The translations under genes and the position numbers were made by a program. Below the pieces are notes generated by a model. The model had not been told where the DNA came from. It saw nothing but the letters and a program-made list of their open reading frames with translations, and did not search any database. A DNA stretch of 64,000 nt. Origin: an uncultured Chloroflexia bacterium (GTDB taxonomy: Bacteria > Chloroflexota > Dormibacteria > Aeolococcales > Aeolococcaceae). Every line of letters begins with the position of its first letter. Position 1 is the stretch's first letter. The stretch is taken from NCBI GenBank assembly GCA_963697585.1, contig CAVOOO010000009.1, positions 599,295 to 663,294 of the forward strand, written 5' to 3'. This document shows, one piece after another, positions 63,829 through 64,000 of the stretch.

Positions 63829-63900
63829 GCGGGAGTAGCTCAGTGGTAGAGCACTACCTTGCCAAGGTAGGGGTCACGGGTTCGAGCCCCGCCTCCCGCT
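63829..63900 (+). tRNA. tRNA-Gly (GCC), CCA not encoded
   Basis: GCGGGAG-TA-GCTC-AGTGGTA-GAGC-A-CTACC-TTGCCAA-GGTAG-GGGTC-ACGGG-TTCGAGC-CCCGC-CTCCCGC-T. Confidence 0.9.
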
Positions 63901-64000
63901 CGCAGCCTTCTTGACGTCCGAAGGTCGCATCCTGTCCGTGGCGGCGGGCCACGCCGGTGTCGGGGAGCACCCTAACCGGTGCTGCATCTGGGCAGTCGTG

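Overview
The window is very GC-rich (roughly 70% or more by eye) and densely packed with chromosomal core genes. The style is Terrabacteria-like (actinobacterium- or Chloroflexi-like). I found no transposase, integrase, CRISPR array or recognisable defence cassette.

Gene order:
- 5' part of dnaX
- a Bacillus-type large SRP RNA
- an orphan nuoJKLMN-like block preceded by mnmA and a CysO/TtuB-like sulfur carrier
- nei-lhr
- aroA plus a trpE-G-C-F-B-A operon that lacks trpD
- a di-iron desaturase-like gene, a PucR regulator and an internally deleted paralogue
- trxB, rdgB-rph, tatA/tatC
- a hemA-C-D-B-(cyclophilin)-L cluster
- a murL-murD2-polyprenyl synthase operon
- tRNA-Leu(UAA)
- a lower-GC secreted-protein locus
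- a GABA/polyamine-type catabolic cluster
- tRNA-Cys, DsbB plus DUF929, rarA, SPFH-NfeD, tRNA-Gly

Most interesting observations:
1. The complex-I membrane-arm paralogues have no nuoA-I partners in the window, and the canonical Lys/Glu/His proton-channel residues look substituted.
2. A CxxC-type MnmA sits next to a GG-terminated sulfur carrier.
3. Seven single-nucleotide indels break six conserved genes (trpC, hemD twice, a DnaQ-like exonuclease, gabD-like, gabT, a methyltransferase). This is either an insertion-biased sequencing-error signature or real decay.
4. The Leu(UAA) tRNA has C at position 33.

Many long ORFs in the six-frame track are antisense or read-through shadows typical of high-GC DNA. 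Gene starts given here were set by homology reading and are approximate where noted.
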